The notes: a model not told the origin generated them from the sequence alone. DNA of 41,860 nt from a virus (IMGVR_UViG_3300038809_000015:1-41860); one strand, 5' to 3'. Numbered from the stretch's first letter, positions 15,660 through 25,673 are shown. Translations and numbers: made by a program.

Positions 15660-16325
15660 ATGTCAAAATATCAACTTATTTATGCTGATCCTCCATGGCA
15701 ATACGGAAATAAATCTTCTAACGGAGCCGCAGAAAACCATTATGGAACAATGGCAACCTCTGACCTGAAGAGACTGCCGGTTTGGTCTATCGCAGAAGAG
15801 AATTCAGTCCTAGCTCTTTGGTACACCGGCAATCACAGCCAGGAAGCGATAGCGCTGGCAGAAGCGTGGGGTTTTAGCGTCAGGACGATGAAGGCCTTCA
15901 CGTGGGTAAAACTGAATCAGCAGGCCGAGCTACGGATCAATAAAGCGCTAGAGCAACAAACCATCTTCGACTTCACCGAATTGTTGGACATGCTGAATGC
16001 CGAAACCCGAATGAATGGCGGCAACTATACGCGGGCTAATTCAGAAGATGTGCTGATCGCTGTGCGGGGACAAGGACTGGAACGAGCCAGTGCATCAATA
16101 AAACAGGTCGTCTTCAGTTGTCTTGGTGAGCACAGCCAGAAACCGTGGGAGGTGCGTCGCAGGCTTGAGTTGCTCTATGGCGATGTGTCCAGAGTAGAAC
16201 TATTCAGCCGGGGCGATGCGCCAGGCTGGGATCATTGGGGGAATGAATGCCCAGTAAACAACCTGACGCTGATTCCTGCAGCATTCAGAAAAACCTTCTC
16301 CGTAGCACAGCAAGAGAACTACTGA
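15660..16325 (+). CDS. MT-A70 family adenine methyltransferase
   Basis: Start MSKYQLIYADPPW; FTWVK, TRANSE, HSQKP, VELFSR, GWDHWGNE. Confidence 0.9.
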   Translation: MSKYQLIYADPPWQYGNKSSNGAAENHYGTMATSDLKRLPVWSIAEENSVLALWYTGNHSQEAIALAEAWGFSVRTMKAFTWVKLNQQAELRINKALEQQTIFDFTELLDMLNAETRMNGGNYTRANSEDVLIAVRGQGLERASASIKQVVFSCLGEHSQKPWEVRRRLELLYGDVSRVELFSRGDAPGWDHWGNECPVNNLTLIPAAFRKTFSVAQQENY

Positions 16326-16471
16326 ACGAATTCGAATCCCCCACCAACAAATTCACCTTTCGACAGCTACTCGACAAACACGCAGTGAAAATCGCTCCTT
16401 ATTGGCCTAAGCATCCACCGGCGTGGTTGCGGCTTAACTGTGAGGTTCATCGGGTGCGGGAAGGTAAATAG
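16247..16471 (+). CDS. Hypothetical protein
   Basis: Fills the gap before xis; overlaps the MTase 3' end. Confidence 0.5.
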   Translation: MPSKQPDADSCSIQKNLLRSTARELLNEFESPTNKFTFRQLLDKHAVKIAPYWPKHPPAWLRLNCEVHRVREGK

Positions 16472-16482
16472 CCGAGGTAATC

Positions 16483-16806
16483 ATGGCCGAACGACACACA
16501 GCCTCGGATGAGGCCCCTTTAATGAAAATTGGCGAGTACGCTAAAAAAATCAAAGTTTCCCCGCACACTATTTACCGCAATCCCAGTAAATACCACATGT
16601 TCAAAGTTGGCGGCCTATGGCGAGCGAACAAAGAAAGCCTAGATAAATTCTCCCCAACAAATAACAATGTTATCCGACTGGCTGTGGTCGGCAGCAAGGA
16701 GTCCAAACGATGCCGATCTTCAAAAGAGGTAAAAAATACTGGGTTGATATCTCCGCGCCAGATGGAACGAGAATTAGACGCTCTACTGGCACCGAGGAAA
16801 AGGTAA
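16483..16806 (+). CDS. xis: Excisionase-like HTH protein
   Basis: MKIGEYAKKIKVSPHTIYR...FKVGGLWR; overlaps int. Confidence 0.75.
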   Translation: MAERHTASDEAPLMKIGEYAKKIKVSPHTIYRNPSKYHMFKVGGLWRANKESLDKFSPTNNNVIRLAVVGSKESKRCRSSKEVKNTGLISPRQMERELDALLAPRKR

Positions 16807-17753
16807 AGGCTCAGCAACTGCACGACAAAATAAAGCATGAACTATGGGCCGTGGCTAATCTGGATAAGCGCCCTGAAAGAGTTTTTGAGGACATGGTAGT
16901 ACTGGCCTTGCGAGACGCAGAGGGCCAGTCGAGTTATGAAAATAAGCAAATTTACGCCCGATATTGGCTGAACATCTTCGGGGGAAGGGTTGTTTCTACC
17001 ATTACGGGCGAAGAGATAACCGATAATCTGCCGACTCATAACCTGACTACCAGAAAACGCTTAGCTAATGCCACAAAAAATCGTTACCGGTCATTCATCA
17101 TGAGGGGTTTCTCCCTGGCAGACAAGAGTGGATGGCTGGATCGTCAGCCTTATGCTCAGTCGCTTAGAGAGCCAAAAGTAAGGGTAAGGTGGATCGAGAA
17201 AAGTGAAGCCAAATCGCTAATTACTAACCTGCGCTATGACTGGATGAAGTGTGTTTGCTCGTTTGCCCTGCTGACTGGGGCGCGTTTAGGGGAGATTCTT
17301 TCGTTGAAATGGAAGGATGTAGATCTGGGTCGTCGCGTTGCAGTTGTCACAGCAGACAACGCAAAGTCAGGAAAGGCTCGCCCGCTGCCACTTAATGATG
17401 ATGCCGTTGTGGTAATGAGAAATATCCCCTGTGAAAACGAGTATGTATTCTCGGCAGACGGAGAAAAAGAAGGGTATATAAACAGGACTGATTTCGAACG
17501 CTCACTCCGCCTGTCTGGTATCACGGATTTTCGCTTTCACGATCTCCGCCACACCTGGGCAAGCTGGCACGTTCAGAACGGAACCCCGTTAATGGTACTA
17601 AAAGAATTGGGGGGATGGGAAAAGCTGGAGATGGTCAATAAGTATGCCCACCTGAGCGGTGAGCATTTAAGCAAATTCAGCGGCATTGTCACGTTCTTGA
17701 CACAGGACGCCGAAAACACAAATAACGCCGCCAGAATTTCTCTTGTAAGTTGA
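16710..17753 (+). CDS. int: Tyrosine integrase
   Basis: TGAR, AKSG, FHDLRHTWASW, LGGW, KYAH catalytic set; N-terminal arm-binding segment. Confidence 0.95.
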   Translation: MPIFKRGKKYWVDISAPDGTRIRRSTGTEEKVKAQQLHDKIKHELWAVANLDKRPERVFEDMVVLALRDAEGQSSYENKQIYARYWLNIFGGRVVSTITGEEITDNLPTHNLTTRKRLANATKNRYRSFIMRGFSLADKSGWLDRQPYAQSLREPKVRVRWIEKSEAKSLITNLRYDWMKCVCSFALLTGARLGEILSLKWKDVDLGRRVAVVTADNAKSGKARPLPLNDDAVVVMRNIPCENEYVFSADGEKEGYINRTDFERSLRLSGITDFRFHDLRHTWASWHVQNGTPLMVLKELGGWEKLEMVNKYAHLSGEHLSKFSGIVTFLTQDAENTNNAARISLVS

Positions 17754-17956
17754 TGTTATCAAAACAAAATAATCACACACCCTACATCATGTTGCCGCAT
17801 GACCATCAGAGAAACAGTCTGATGATATACAAAGGGTGCGTATTCTAAACTAACCGCCAAAGCCGCACCACAGGCCAGTCACCTAAATAAAGCTTTGTTA
17901 GTTTTTGCTATTAATTGTGGAATTGTGTCGAACCTTTGGCACAAATCTGTCACAGA
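17685..17956. other. attP region
   Basis: Non-coding stretch after int, flanked by arm-type repeats (ttgtcacg, ttgacaca ... ttggcaca, ctgtcaca); core not definable. Confidence 0.6.
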
Positions 17957-18030
17957 GGATTACCACAAACCAAAGCCAGATTGGCAATGCTACACCACGC
18001 AGGCCTACAAATATAAATTCCCGTTCACTT

Positions 18031-18225
18031 CTACTTCTGCCGTACTAACGCGGCCGCATCTCTCAGCACGCCCTTATACAGTGTGTTGCCCACATTCTTC
18101 CGCTTCATCTCAAGGTAATCAGTAATATTCGGGCGATTCACGTCCATACCATTAGCGATGAGATCGATCACCGCCGCACCAATCTCATTAGCTATGAACA
18201 CTGCACGTTCTTCATTCAGTTCCAT
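18031..18225 (-). CDS. Hypothetical 64-aa protein next to att
   Basis: Clean ORF with a GGTGGG SD-like motif. Confidence 0.6.
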   Translation of the reverse strand: MELNEERAVFIANEIGAAVIDLIANGMDVNRPNITDYLEMKRKNVGNTLYKGVLRDAAALVRQK

Positions 18226-18260
18226 ATGCCCACCCGAAAATTTTTAAACGTGGTCTATCT

Positions 18261-18953
18261 TCATTTCGCCTTTTTACAATCCCAGATATCAATTCTGCCT
18301 GCAAGCTCTAACTTTGAGGTCTGTGTAATCACAGCGCCATTAAATTGGCGTACCGCATACTCATCAAGCAACGTAATGGAATAACTATGGCCATCATAGC
18401 TAGCGCCGACCTCTTTAGTTCCATCAGAAGACCGTCCATATCTATCACCAGATGCTGAATCGACCACCTCTAATGTAGGAGAGATGATTTGATAACCGTT
18501 AGAAAAAATGAAACCAACGGTGTCTATATTATCTTTTACGCCAACACGTATATTACTACTATCAACTGGCCCTGTTGCCTGATGAACCTTGACTTTACAG
18601 TAAAAAAGATCTCCTTTATTTACTGGAATTTTATTCCTTCTATCTTTTTCTTTATCTATCTTTTCTTTCACACCAAAATACTTCTCAATAGTACAATAGT
18701 CTAGGTGAGACCTATAACATTCATCCACCAACTGATTGAGGAATTCTTTTGTCTCTCCACCACTATCAACGACTTGTTTTCTCAAATTATAGATACTAAG
18801 TGGCGTCTTAGATAAATAACCGGGCACATACTGCGGACCATATTTTAATAGAACATCCCGCTTCTGTTCGACAGTTTTTGCTTTGCCGCGGTCCCAGGCA
18901 CTGCAACTAACAACAAACAAAGATAGTAAAAATACCGCGCCGGCCTTCATCAT
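18261..18953 (-). CDS. Moron lipoprotein
   Basis: Signal peptide with lipobox VVSC; visibly AT-rich. Confidence 0.7.
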   Translation of the reverse strand: MMKAGAVFLLSLFVVSCSAWDRGKAKTVEQKRDVLLKYGPQYVPGYLSKTPLSIYNLRKQVVDSGGETKEFLNQLVDECYRSHLDYCTIEKYFGVKEKIDKEKDRRNKIPVNKGDLFYCKVKVHQATGPVDSSNIRVGVKDNIDTVGFIFSNGYQIISPTLEVVDSASGDRYGRSSDGTKEVGASYDGHSYSITLLDEYAVRQFNGAVITQTSKLELAGRIDIWDCKKAK

Positions 18954-19092
18954 TTCTCATCCCTTAATCACATCGAAAGATAAGCGCAGTTTACACGACT
19001 ATGACAGCGCTTAAAACTTACTCACACAAATCAGCGCTATGAGTACTAAATGGCTTCTTCTCCGGGCTAACGCTGCTCGGTAGTATGCGAAC

Positions 19093-19140
19093 GATCGTTT
19101 TAAACGATCAATCATAGTCAAATTGATCGGCGATACCCAT
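19093..19140. promoter_or_regulatory. Putative OxyR site with three GATC (Dam) sites
   Basis: ATCG-N7-CGAT-N17-ATCG-N7-CCAT; GATC at 19093, 19106 and 19125. Confidence 0.65.
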
Positions 19141-19170
19141 TTGATTTATATGCCTACCATTTTGTACAGT
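19141..19170 (+). promoter_or_regulatory. Promoter of the microprotein moron
   Basis: TTGATT-18 nt-TACAGT directly abutting the OxyR-like site. Confidence 0.55.
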
Positions 19171-19207
19171 GCATATTGAATTTAAACGACAACATCAGGG
19201 AATTCAG

Positions 19208-19339
19208 ATGTTAAATCTAAGTGTGTTGGGGATAATATTAGCAATAGTGGTTGGTGGCCCAATAGTGGCAGCATTGGTCATTAAAATATTATCCGAGCGA
19301 ACACCCCATTATGATTATGAGTTGAATACACACGATTAA
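19208..19339 (+). CDS. 43-aa single-TM microprotein (not in ORF track)
   Basis: AGGGA SD; MLNLSVLGIILAIVVGGPIVAALVIKILSERTPHYDYELNTHD; own promoter and terminator. Confidence 0.65.
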   Translation: MLNLSVLGIILAIVVGGPIVAALVIKILSERTPHYDYELNTHD

Positions 19340-19360
19340 ACCCGGCAATGCCGGGTTTTT
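19338..19360. terminator. Terminator between convergent genes (probably bidirectional)
   Basis: aaacccggc-aat-gccgggttttt. Confidence 0.8.
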
Positions 19361-19363
19361 GCT

Positions 19364-19804
19364 TTATGCGGGCACAACGGGCCACTCGACATCTGGCGCA
19401 TCATTGGGGTTAACTCGGCTCAGCAATACGCTATAAGTCTCCCATTCTGTCAATTTTACCTCTTCTTCTGCAGTGGCAATATTCAGCCTGACCGCTCTTT
19501 CGAGCGGAGCGATTGCGGATTCTGCAATAGCCATTAACTCTGACTTCTCTTCCTCAGCGGCAGCAATCAATGCCTCACTCGGTAAGACAACCCACTTAGA
19601 ACCATCCCATTCATACCCGGCCCCCGGTGAAATTGAGACTTTACCAAATCCACCCCGTTTGGCTTTTTCGTATAACTCAGCCCCCAAGGGATCAGTCGGC
19701 ATAGCCGCAAATGGACATACGCTGCCATCTTCAAGCGTGACATCAAGGTCGATATAGAGTTTTGCGTCTGTTGTTCTTGGGTTTGTTGCAGATGTAATAG
19801 TCAT
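19364..19804 (-). CDS. Tail fibre assembly chaperone
   Basis: Start MTITSA; C-terminal IAPLERAV...[11 protein letters not shown]...VEWP. Confidence 0.85.
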   Translation of the reverse strand: MTITSATNPRTTDAKLYIDLDVTLEDGSVCPFAAMPTDPLGAELYEKAKRGGFGKVSISPGAGYEWDGSKWVVLPSEALIAAAEEEKSELMAIAESAIAPLERAVRLNIATAEEEVKLTEWETYSVLLSRVNPNDAPDVEWPVVPA

Positions 19805-21486
19805 GATACCCGCATCCATAATGTTGATCGATAAGCGTCGTTTACTGTTGTTGCTATCCCCATGCACCTCCAACTACCGGGTAGTGACGCCCCACCAGCG
19901 CTCCCAGCTGAACCTGAAGGATAAAGGTTAGAGCCGGATACAATCTCATTGAAATTGACATTACCCGTCCCTCCCCACATTGCGTATGCATACGAACCGA
20001 CTGTGGCCCATTCAGTATTTGGTGGCTGTGGGTTATTTGGGCTGTAGACGCGCAAATTGTTCTCAAACACACGGTCAGCTTTAAATACGCCATCATTTTG
20101 AAATCCGAAGTACTTTCCCGATACGTTGAACCACAACCCAGTATTTTCTTTATATATGCGTATTGACTCCCCGCCGATGCGAATATCAGTCTCAAAATAT
20201 CCACGCGCGGCCCGGAAAGTCCCATCGCCCGGAGAAAATGAAAAATATGACGGTTCCGTACCATCGTCATAACGCGCCTCAATGTAAAACTTTCCACCGT
20301 CTCGATAAAGCTTTGCATTAGTATTAATGCGCAACTCACCAGTAACGTGCAACATCGACGCAGTGCCATTTTTACTGGCAACAGCCCCGGTATCTTCGGC
20401 TGTGGGTTTATGGGCTTCTGAATAAAATTCAATCCATCCGCTCCAAATACTCCCCGACCAGGTACGCCGCCAAACTCTGTTACCTGTGCTGCCAGATTGC
20501 CCGTAGCCTATAACCTCTTGAGCAACGCGATAACCCGCCGTTCCAGTTCCTGACTGCCACGTTGCCACGTTCAGGAATAAGGTGCCTCCACTGCTTCCAG
20601 CAGGCCCATTTACTGGGTTTTGGATAACATAAAACCCAAAGGTCTGAATCGTGTTCAAGTCAACGTCGGTAAGAGCTTTAAGCGTATTGGATAGTCCATA
20701 ATCACTCACGGTCAGCACTTGGCCGGGCAAGTCCTTCCCTACGTCGGCATCAGCAGCAGTTCCCAACTTTACGTTCCCGGCAGCATCAGGGGCGTGTGAA
20801 TTAACAGTCAAAACCGCCCCAACATTAGTTGTCGGGTTCAACAGGATGAATCTCCCTTGGTCAGCATTGAGCACCGCCAGGAAAGGATTTTTTGCAACGA
20901 TATCCCCAGCGCGTAACGCTGTATTGCTACCCTTCACCAGCGGGTAGGTTCCCATCACACGCCCCCCCATCGTCAACTGCAGCGTGCTGGCCCCGGTATT
21001 GTTCAACGTGGGGTAAATGAGGATCGGCGTTTTTAATGCCCATTCCGTCGAATCATTCAAGAAGTATGTCGCCGGCAGCGCCAGCGTTAACCCGTTCGCC
21101 GTACCACCAGCCACCGCCGACGTGTAATGGCCGCTTTGCAGTTGCTCGATCTGCACGAACTGATTTTCTGAACCGCGTGTCGCAAAGTTGGCGATCACAT
21201 CGTTCAGGGACCAACCTTTACGATCCGTGCCCTCCTGCCCACGCACAACCGTCAGCACGTCGTTGTTTACTGCGGTAAGGTGGCAAACTTCGAACACGGT
21301 TTCTTTCGCATCCGTGAGCGTAATTTTCGCGTAAATCTTGAGGGGATTTGAGTCGTTGGCGTAGTCGTAAGTGAGCAGACCGGCGAACAGCGCGCCCGCG
21401 CCTGGCATCACCTGTATTGTGGTCTGGGTCGCCGTAATATCTGCTGCCAACGACGACACGACGTTGTTTCCAAATCCAATAATCAT
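19801..21486 (-). CDS. Tail fibre
   Basis: Baseplate-attachment N-terminus ([10 protein letters not shown]), DLN...GFY and WSGW.EFY repeats, [18 protein letters not shown] tip. Confidence 0.88.
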   Translation of the reverse strand: MIIGFGNNVVSSLAADITATQTTIQVMPGAGALFAGLLTYDYANDSNPLKIYAKITLTDAKETVFEVCHLTAVNNDVLTVVRGQEGTDRKGWSLNDVIANFATRGSENQFVQIEQLQSGHYTSAVAGGTANGLTLALPATYFLNDSTEWALKTPILIYPTLNNTGASTLQLTMGGRVMGTYPLVKGSNTALRAGDIVAKNPFLAVLNADQGRFILLNPTTNVGAVLTVNSHAPDAAGNVKLGTAADADVGKDLPGQVLTVSDYGLSNTLKALTDVDLNTIQTFGFYVIQNPVNGPAGSSGGTLFLNVATWQSGTGTAGYRVAQEVIGYGQSGSTGNRVWRRTWSGSIWSGWIEFYSEAHKPTAEDTGAVASKNGTASMLHVTGELRINTNAKLYRDGGKFYIEARYDDGTEPSYFSFSPGDGTFRAARGYFETDIRIGGESIRIYKENTGLWFNVSGKYFGFQNDGVFKADRVFENNLRVYSPNNPQPPNTEWATVGSYAYAMWGGTGNVNFNEIVSGSNLYPSGSAGSAGGASLPGSWRCMGIATTVNDAYRSTLWMRVS

Positions 21487-22109
21487 TGTGCAACCACCGT
21501 TACAGAGTAGGTATAAACAAAGGGGAGCTTGACCAGAGACTGACTGATCGCATCTTTCAGGAAATAACCGACGCCATCGCCATAATCGGGGATCGTGATG
21601 GTAAACACGCCGTTATTGACCGTAACGCTAATATCGAAGGTGCTTTGCAACGGTGGATCGATGCCATTCGTACCATGAATAAATCGCGCTAGGCGGCGCT
21701 TGAGCCAGTCGATACAAAAGTGCGAGCCGTCACCTTTATAAAAATTCCAGGTCAGGATCCGTTTAAAATAATCATCGGGTACATATGACGCCGAGCCCGG
21801 TACGTAATTTTTCAGGCCGGCATAAGGAATGGCGTTGTACTCGATGGTGTTGTAGGCACCGCGGGCGATTGCATCCTCAGATATTTGCAGTAATGGCCGT
21901 CCTTCCCCGTAAATACCCAACGCGATCCAGTCAAGCAGTTCCCCTGTGATGGAGGGAGAGGTCCAGCACGGCAAATTAAGCGCATTGAGGTAGTCAAGAT
22001 ACCCCTGCGCCAACTCGTTAAATGCAGTGAAGAACGCGACGATGTTGGGATCTTCGTTATATTGCGTATACGGATAAGCGGGAATGATTTTCTCAATGAG
22101 AGCTTGCAT
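21483..22109 (-). CDS. Baseplate wedge protein (gpI/DUF2612-like)
   Basis: ITGELLDWIALGIYG; follows baseplate J. Confidence 0.7.
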   Translation of the reverse strand: MQALIEKIIPAYPYTQYNEDPNIVAFFTAFNELAQGYLDYLNALNLPCWTSPSITGELLDWIALGIYGEGRPLLQISEDAIARGAYNTIEYNAIPYAGLKNYVPGSASYVPDDYFKRILTWNFYKGDGSHFCIDWLKRRLARFIHGTNGIDPPLQSTFDISVTVNNGVFTITIPDYGDGVGYFLKDAISQSLVKLPFVYTYSVTVVAQ

Positions 22110-23319
22110 ATTGCTTCACCTGTATTTGTGCTGCCGAGGTGGAGAAATAGGCGTAGGTGTCGCCATAAACCAAACTGGTATCAGCTTCTGGCGGTTTAAT
22201 TACGCCATTAATACCTATCTGAACCTGGATCATGGAAACCAGCGATGATGCCACCAGCCCTTCTACCGATTGCAGGAAAATTTCCTGTATCTGGAAAATA
22301 TTAATCGGCTGACCAACAGCAACAGCGTTGATATAATCGGCGATATTTTGCTGCACTGCTTTTGCTATCCCCGCCGGATCGATATAGCTGCTTGATACAG
22401 TATTCCATGTAATGAGCACCGTTACGTTCTGCGATGATGGCACGACAAACGGTATCTGATAGATATCGGGGAAAACCGTAACCGGTATTGTTTTTTTCTC
22501 GACCTCCGCGCCCGAGGGGTTCGAAACATCATTGGTCAGAATGGAAACATCCGGCACGGCTTTGTAGATCGCGTAGGCGACTTCATAGGGATCACCACCG
22601 CCGATAACGGCTACCCATTTACCGAGCGATGCCTGCCGATACGAAATCAGGTTTTCCTGAACGCCATACACATTTTTCAGCTCAACCCTGAAGCAATCCG
22701 GTGTTCCTTGAACACCATACATTCCTGCCTGCATCACCTGCGTGCGATATGACGAATAACTTTGCTCATCGGCCCCCGGCAGTCCAGCCGTCAGGTTGGT
22801 GCAGGTCAGACGATAAGACTCCGGCACGGAGGTTTTAACCTGGTTTACGGTCCCTGCCGGCACCGCCCACGTCCCTTCCGTCGTTGCAAGGCAATACACA
22901 GGTTCCGTCTGCCCGCTACCGGGGATCACCGTGTCGCGCTGGACGGTATACAGATAGGTTCCATCCCCGACGGTGAAGCCTTTCGGAATACCAAACCCCG
23001 GCGGCCCGGAAAATACGACATACACCGAGGTATTCGTGCCCTCACCTTGCTGTACACCGTAGATGCCCCCCAGTTGTTTCAGTAGGTGAACGTTCGCGCC
23101 GTAAGGGCTGCAAGAGTTAATCAGATCAACCCGCGCCTGGTCGCACACCAGCAGCGCGCCTACGCTTGTGCTGGTCATATCCTCTATCAATGAGCCAGGT
23201 AAATCGGTCGTGATCCCCGGTGAAAGCCGGGTCGCCGTATCAATAACCTGCTGTCGCAATTCCTCCGCCGTTTTGGCGACGGGGCCGGAAATATCATAAA
23301 TAACGGGTAAGTCGCTCAT
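22093..23319 (-). CDS. Baseplate J-like protein
   Basis: GFGIPKGFTV, GTVNQV, GADEQSYSSYR. Confidence 0.85.
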   Translation of the reverse strand: MSDLPVIYDISGPVAKTAEELRQQVIDTATRLSPGITTDLPGSLIEDMTSTSVGALLVCDQARVDLINSCSPYGANVHLLKQLGGIYGVQQGEGTNTSVYVVFSGPPGFGIPKGFTVGDGTYLYTVQRDTVIPGSGQTEPVYCLATTEGTWAVPAGTVNQVKTSVPESYRLTCTNLTAGLPGADEQSYSSYRTQVMQAGMYGVQGTPDCFRVELKNVYGVQENLISYRQASLGKWVAVIGGGDPYEVAYAIYKAVPDVSILTNDVSNPSGAEVEKKTIPVTVFPDIYQIPFVVPSSQNVTVLITWNTVSSSYIDPAGIAKAVQQNIADYINAVAVGQPINIFQIQEIFLQSVEGLVASSLVSMIQVQIGINGVIKPPEADTSLVYGDTYAYFSTSAAQIQVKQYASSH

Positions 23320-23648
23320 ACATACACCTGCGCCACAATTTTCGAGCCTGAGTTGGTGATTGCCGAGATGTTGTAAACCGGAGGATCAACCTCGGTAAGT
23401 GCAATCTGGAGAGAGGAAAAATATCCACTGAACTGCTGCTGTAGCCTGTTCACGTAAAATGTGGGGATAATCTGCTGGATCACCGAACCGTTGGCAGGAA
23501 TGCCGTGATTCGCGAAAAAAGGGGACTCCTGCGGCGCCAGCTTGAGATTCTGCACCAGCGTGGTGAGATAGACGGCATCGTTGAAGCCGTTCGCATCAGT
23601 GGCGATTGTGACCCACTTGCCGGATTCGTCTTGCCCGTACGTTCTCAT
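23316..23648 (-). CDS. Baseplate gp25/W-like wedge protein
   Basis: Size and position; ESPFFANHGIP. Confidence 0.65.
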   Translation of the reverse strand: MRTYGQDESGKWVTIATDANGFNDAVYLTTLVQNLKLAPQESPFFANHGIPANGSVIQQIIPTFYVNRLQQQFSGYFSSLQIALTEVDPPVYNISAITNSGSKIVAQVYV

Positions 23649-24361
23649 TCGGTAATGCTCCCGTCGAAACTCGTTGTCGGCCCGCCGGTGTTTTGCCCAC
23701 CGTTGCCGTTACTGTGCTGATGGGAATTCACCCAGGTAAGCAGCTGCTGCCAGCCCTCATGCATAATGGCCGGGCTGGTGCTGGCCTGCCCATCCGCCAG
23801 GGTTCCGCTCTGGCCGGTCAACGACCATGAGCCATTTGTCAGCGTCAACACGGTACTGCCCACCGTGACCTTGAACTGCTCAGGCGTGGCAATCGTGATG
23901 CTCTGAGGCGTCAGTAGGAACGTCGTCTTGCTGCCGGCATCACGTATCGTGACGCCTTCCGGGCCATACAGCGTGAGCACTTGGCCGTCGACGCTCTCCC
24001 ATTCCGTGTGACTGATCGGCAAGAACACCAGCGCGCTGAGATTGGCCGGTGGCGTGAGGTCTGCAGTACCGCCGCCCAGTCCGCTGGCGCCGCCCAGATA
24101 CGTATCCGCCGGGATGACGATCCCCCGGTCCCCCGGCTGCATGGGATAGCGGATATACTGCGGCCCAAACAGCGGGATAGTCACCTGTGGCAACGTGTAC
24201 GGGATATCCCTCAGCAAGAATGACACGGTGACCATATTGCCGGAACGAGCAACCACCGAAGCCGGCAGCGTCTTGCCAGCCATCTGCATCGCGGTAGCGA
24301 TTTTCTGGTCGGCAAAATTATGCATATTGCCGCCAAAACTCAGTTTTTTGTTCAGGCTCAC
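23645..24361 (-). CDS. Baseplate spike
   Basis: Beta-rich repeats, C-terminal HQH (HxH) and TGGP. Confidence 0.75.
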   Translation of the reverse strand: MSLNKKLSFGGNMHNFADQKIATAMQMAGKTLPASVVARSGNMVTVSFLLRDIPYTLPQVTIPLFGPQYIRYPMQPGDRGIVIPADTYLGGASGLGGGTADLTPPANLSALVFLPISHTEWESVDGQVLTLYGPEGVTIRDAGSKTTFLLTPQSITIATPEQFKVTVGSTVLTLTNGSWSLTGQSGTLADGQASTSPAIMHEGWQQLLTWVNSHQHSNGNGGQNTGGPTTSFDGSITE

Positions 24362-25398
24362 GGTTTTCTATTCTCCGTATAGAGGTAAGCCTCCAGAACG
24401 GTTACCCAACTGTTAGCATCGGGCTGCCGACTGTTGCCGAGGAGACGAACCGTTTTCACCTGGAAAAGACCTTTGAACGCCGATTCGTCACGAAACTGAG
24501 AATAGGAAGCGGCCTGTATTATCGGTATAGCGTTCTCTGGCATCTTGATATAATCTCCGACCTGAATATCGCCGCGCATGACGCAGGGAATGGAAACCGT
24601 ACCAAATTTAATCCAGGTAGGCTGACCAATAAGATCGGTAAACTGAAGTTGTATCGGGTTATCCCTACGGTAGGCTGCGCCATCATTCTGGTGAGTTGCA
24701 AAATCATTGTCATAGACGCGGATTTCATTACCATTCACTACGGCTATTTCAAGCCCTGTGTAATTTTTATCTTTAATAATGCTCTTGCTTAGCGTATTGA
24801 GATGCTTGGCAAGTTCGGATAGGCTCCCGCAATACATGCCGCTATCGTAATTATTCACCAGCCTATCGCTGATACTGATTGAAAACGTATAGCCACCAAG
24901 TACCCGGAAGCAATCGAACAGGGCATCTGCCAGTTTCTGCCCTTTACTCCAGGGAAGCGTGAGATTAATAGGGGCCATCGGCAGCGGGTCAACCTGAGAA
25001 ACTGGCCCCGCAGTCACAATAAAATCGAGACGCAACTCGGTACCCTGCCAGTTCCCCAGTACCTGCCAGATGACGCCTTTCAGAACTAGCCCGGGTTTCC
25101 CAGCATTCGCCAGAGGAAGTCCTTTCGACATCCCGACGCTGACTTCGATCGGCATGCCGAACATATTCTGTCTGGCCTGTTGCATTTCATGCGGGCTGAT
25201 ACCCCATATAGTAATGACTGTTTCACCCTGCGGCGTGGACTCACCGAACCGAAGAATATCAAATTCAACCATCAGACTTCCAGGATTATGCACGCCATTT
25301 CTCAGACTGGTGTAATGCCTGTAAATTTTTCTGGTATCTGCATTCGGGTCGGGAGGGTATTGAGGAGGGTAAAAAATTTTAATATCATAGTAACGCAT
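24358..25398 (-). CDS. Baseplate hub protein
   Basis: Position; DLIGQPTW, IQVGDYIK. Confidence 0.7.
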   Translation of the reverse strand: MRYYDIKIFYPPQYPPDPNADTRKIYRHYTSLRNGVHNPGSLMVEFDILRFGESTPQGETVITIWGISPHEMQQARQNMFGMPIEVSVGMSKGLPLANAGKPGLVLKGVIWQVLGNWQGTELRLDFIVTAGPVSQVDPLPMAPINLTLPWSKGQKLADALFDCFRVLGGYTFSISISDRLVNNYDSGMYCGSLSELAKHLNTLSKSIIKDKNYTGLEIAVVNGNEIRVYDNDFATHQNDGAAYRRDNPIQLQFTDLIGQPTWIKFGTVSIPCVMRGDIQVGDYIKMPENAIPIIQAASYSQFRDESAFKGLFQVKTVRLLGNSRQPDANSWVTVLEAYLYTENRKP

Positions 25399-25673
25399 CA
25401 GCTAATCACCTCAATCTGCCCGCTGGCAATTCTCCAGACCATTATTGTCGTGCTAAATGCACCTACCAGCAGATTAATATCGTACCCCACAGGTGAGGCA
25501 ACAACAGGCATCGTCAACTTTCGATTGCCGGAGTTATCCGTAATATTGAGATACCACCGCTGTGCGGCAATATTCCACTTCATTCGGCAATCATATATTT
25601 TCCCGTCCAGTATAGGACTGAAAACCATGCTTTTCTGCTCATTACCGGAAAACGGATAAAGTGTTGTACTCAT
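25398..25673 (-). CDS. Small baseplate protein
   Basis: KWN...RWYLNITD; position. Confidence 0.65.
   Translation of the reverse strand: MSTTLYPFSGNEQKSMVFSPILDGKIYDCRMKWNIAAQRWYLNITDNSGNRKLTMPVVASPVGYDINLLVGAFSTTIMVWRIASGQIEVIS

Noticed and set aside
17835-17862. dif-like Xer site (ggtgcgtattc)
   Set aside because: Only partial XerC-arm similarity and no XerD arm; the phage encodes its own integrase
19364-21486. Tail-fibre inversion or diversity-generating retroelement
   Set aside because: No invertase, reverse transcriptase, duplicate fibre tip or template repeat seen
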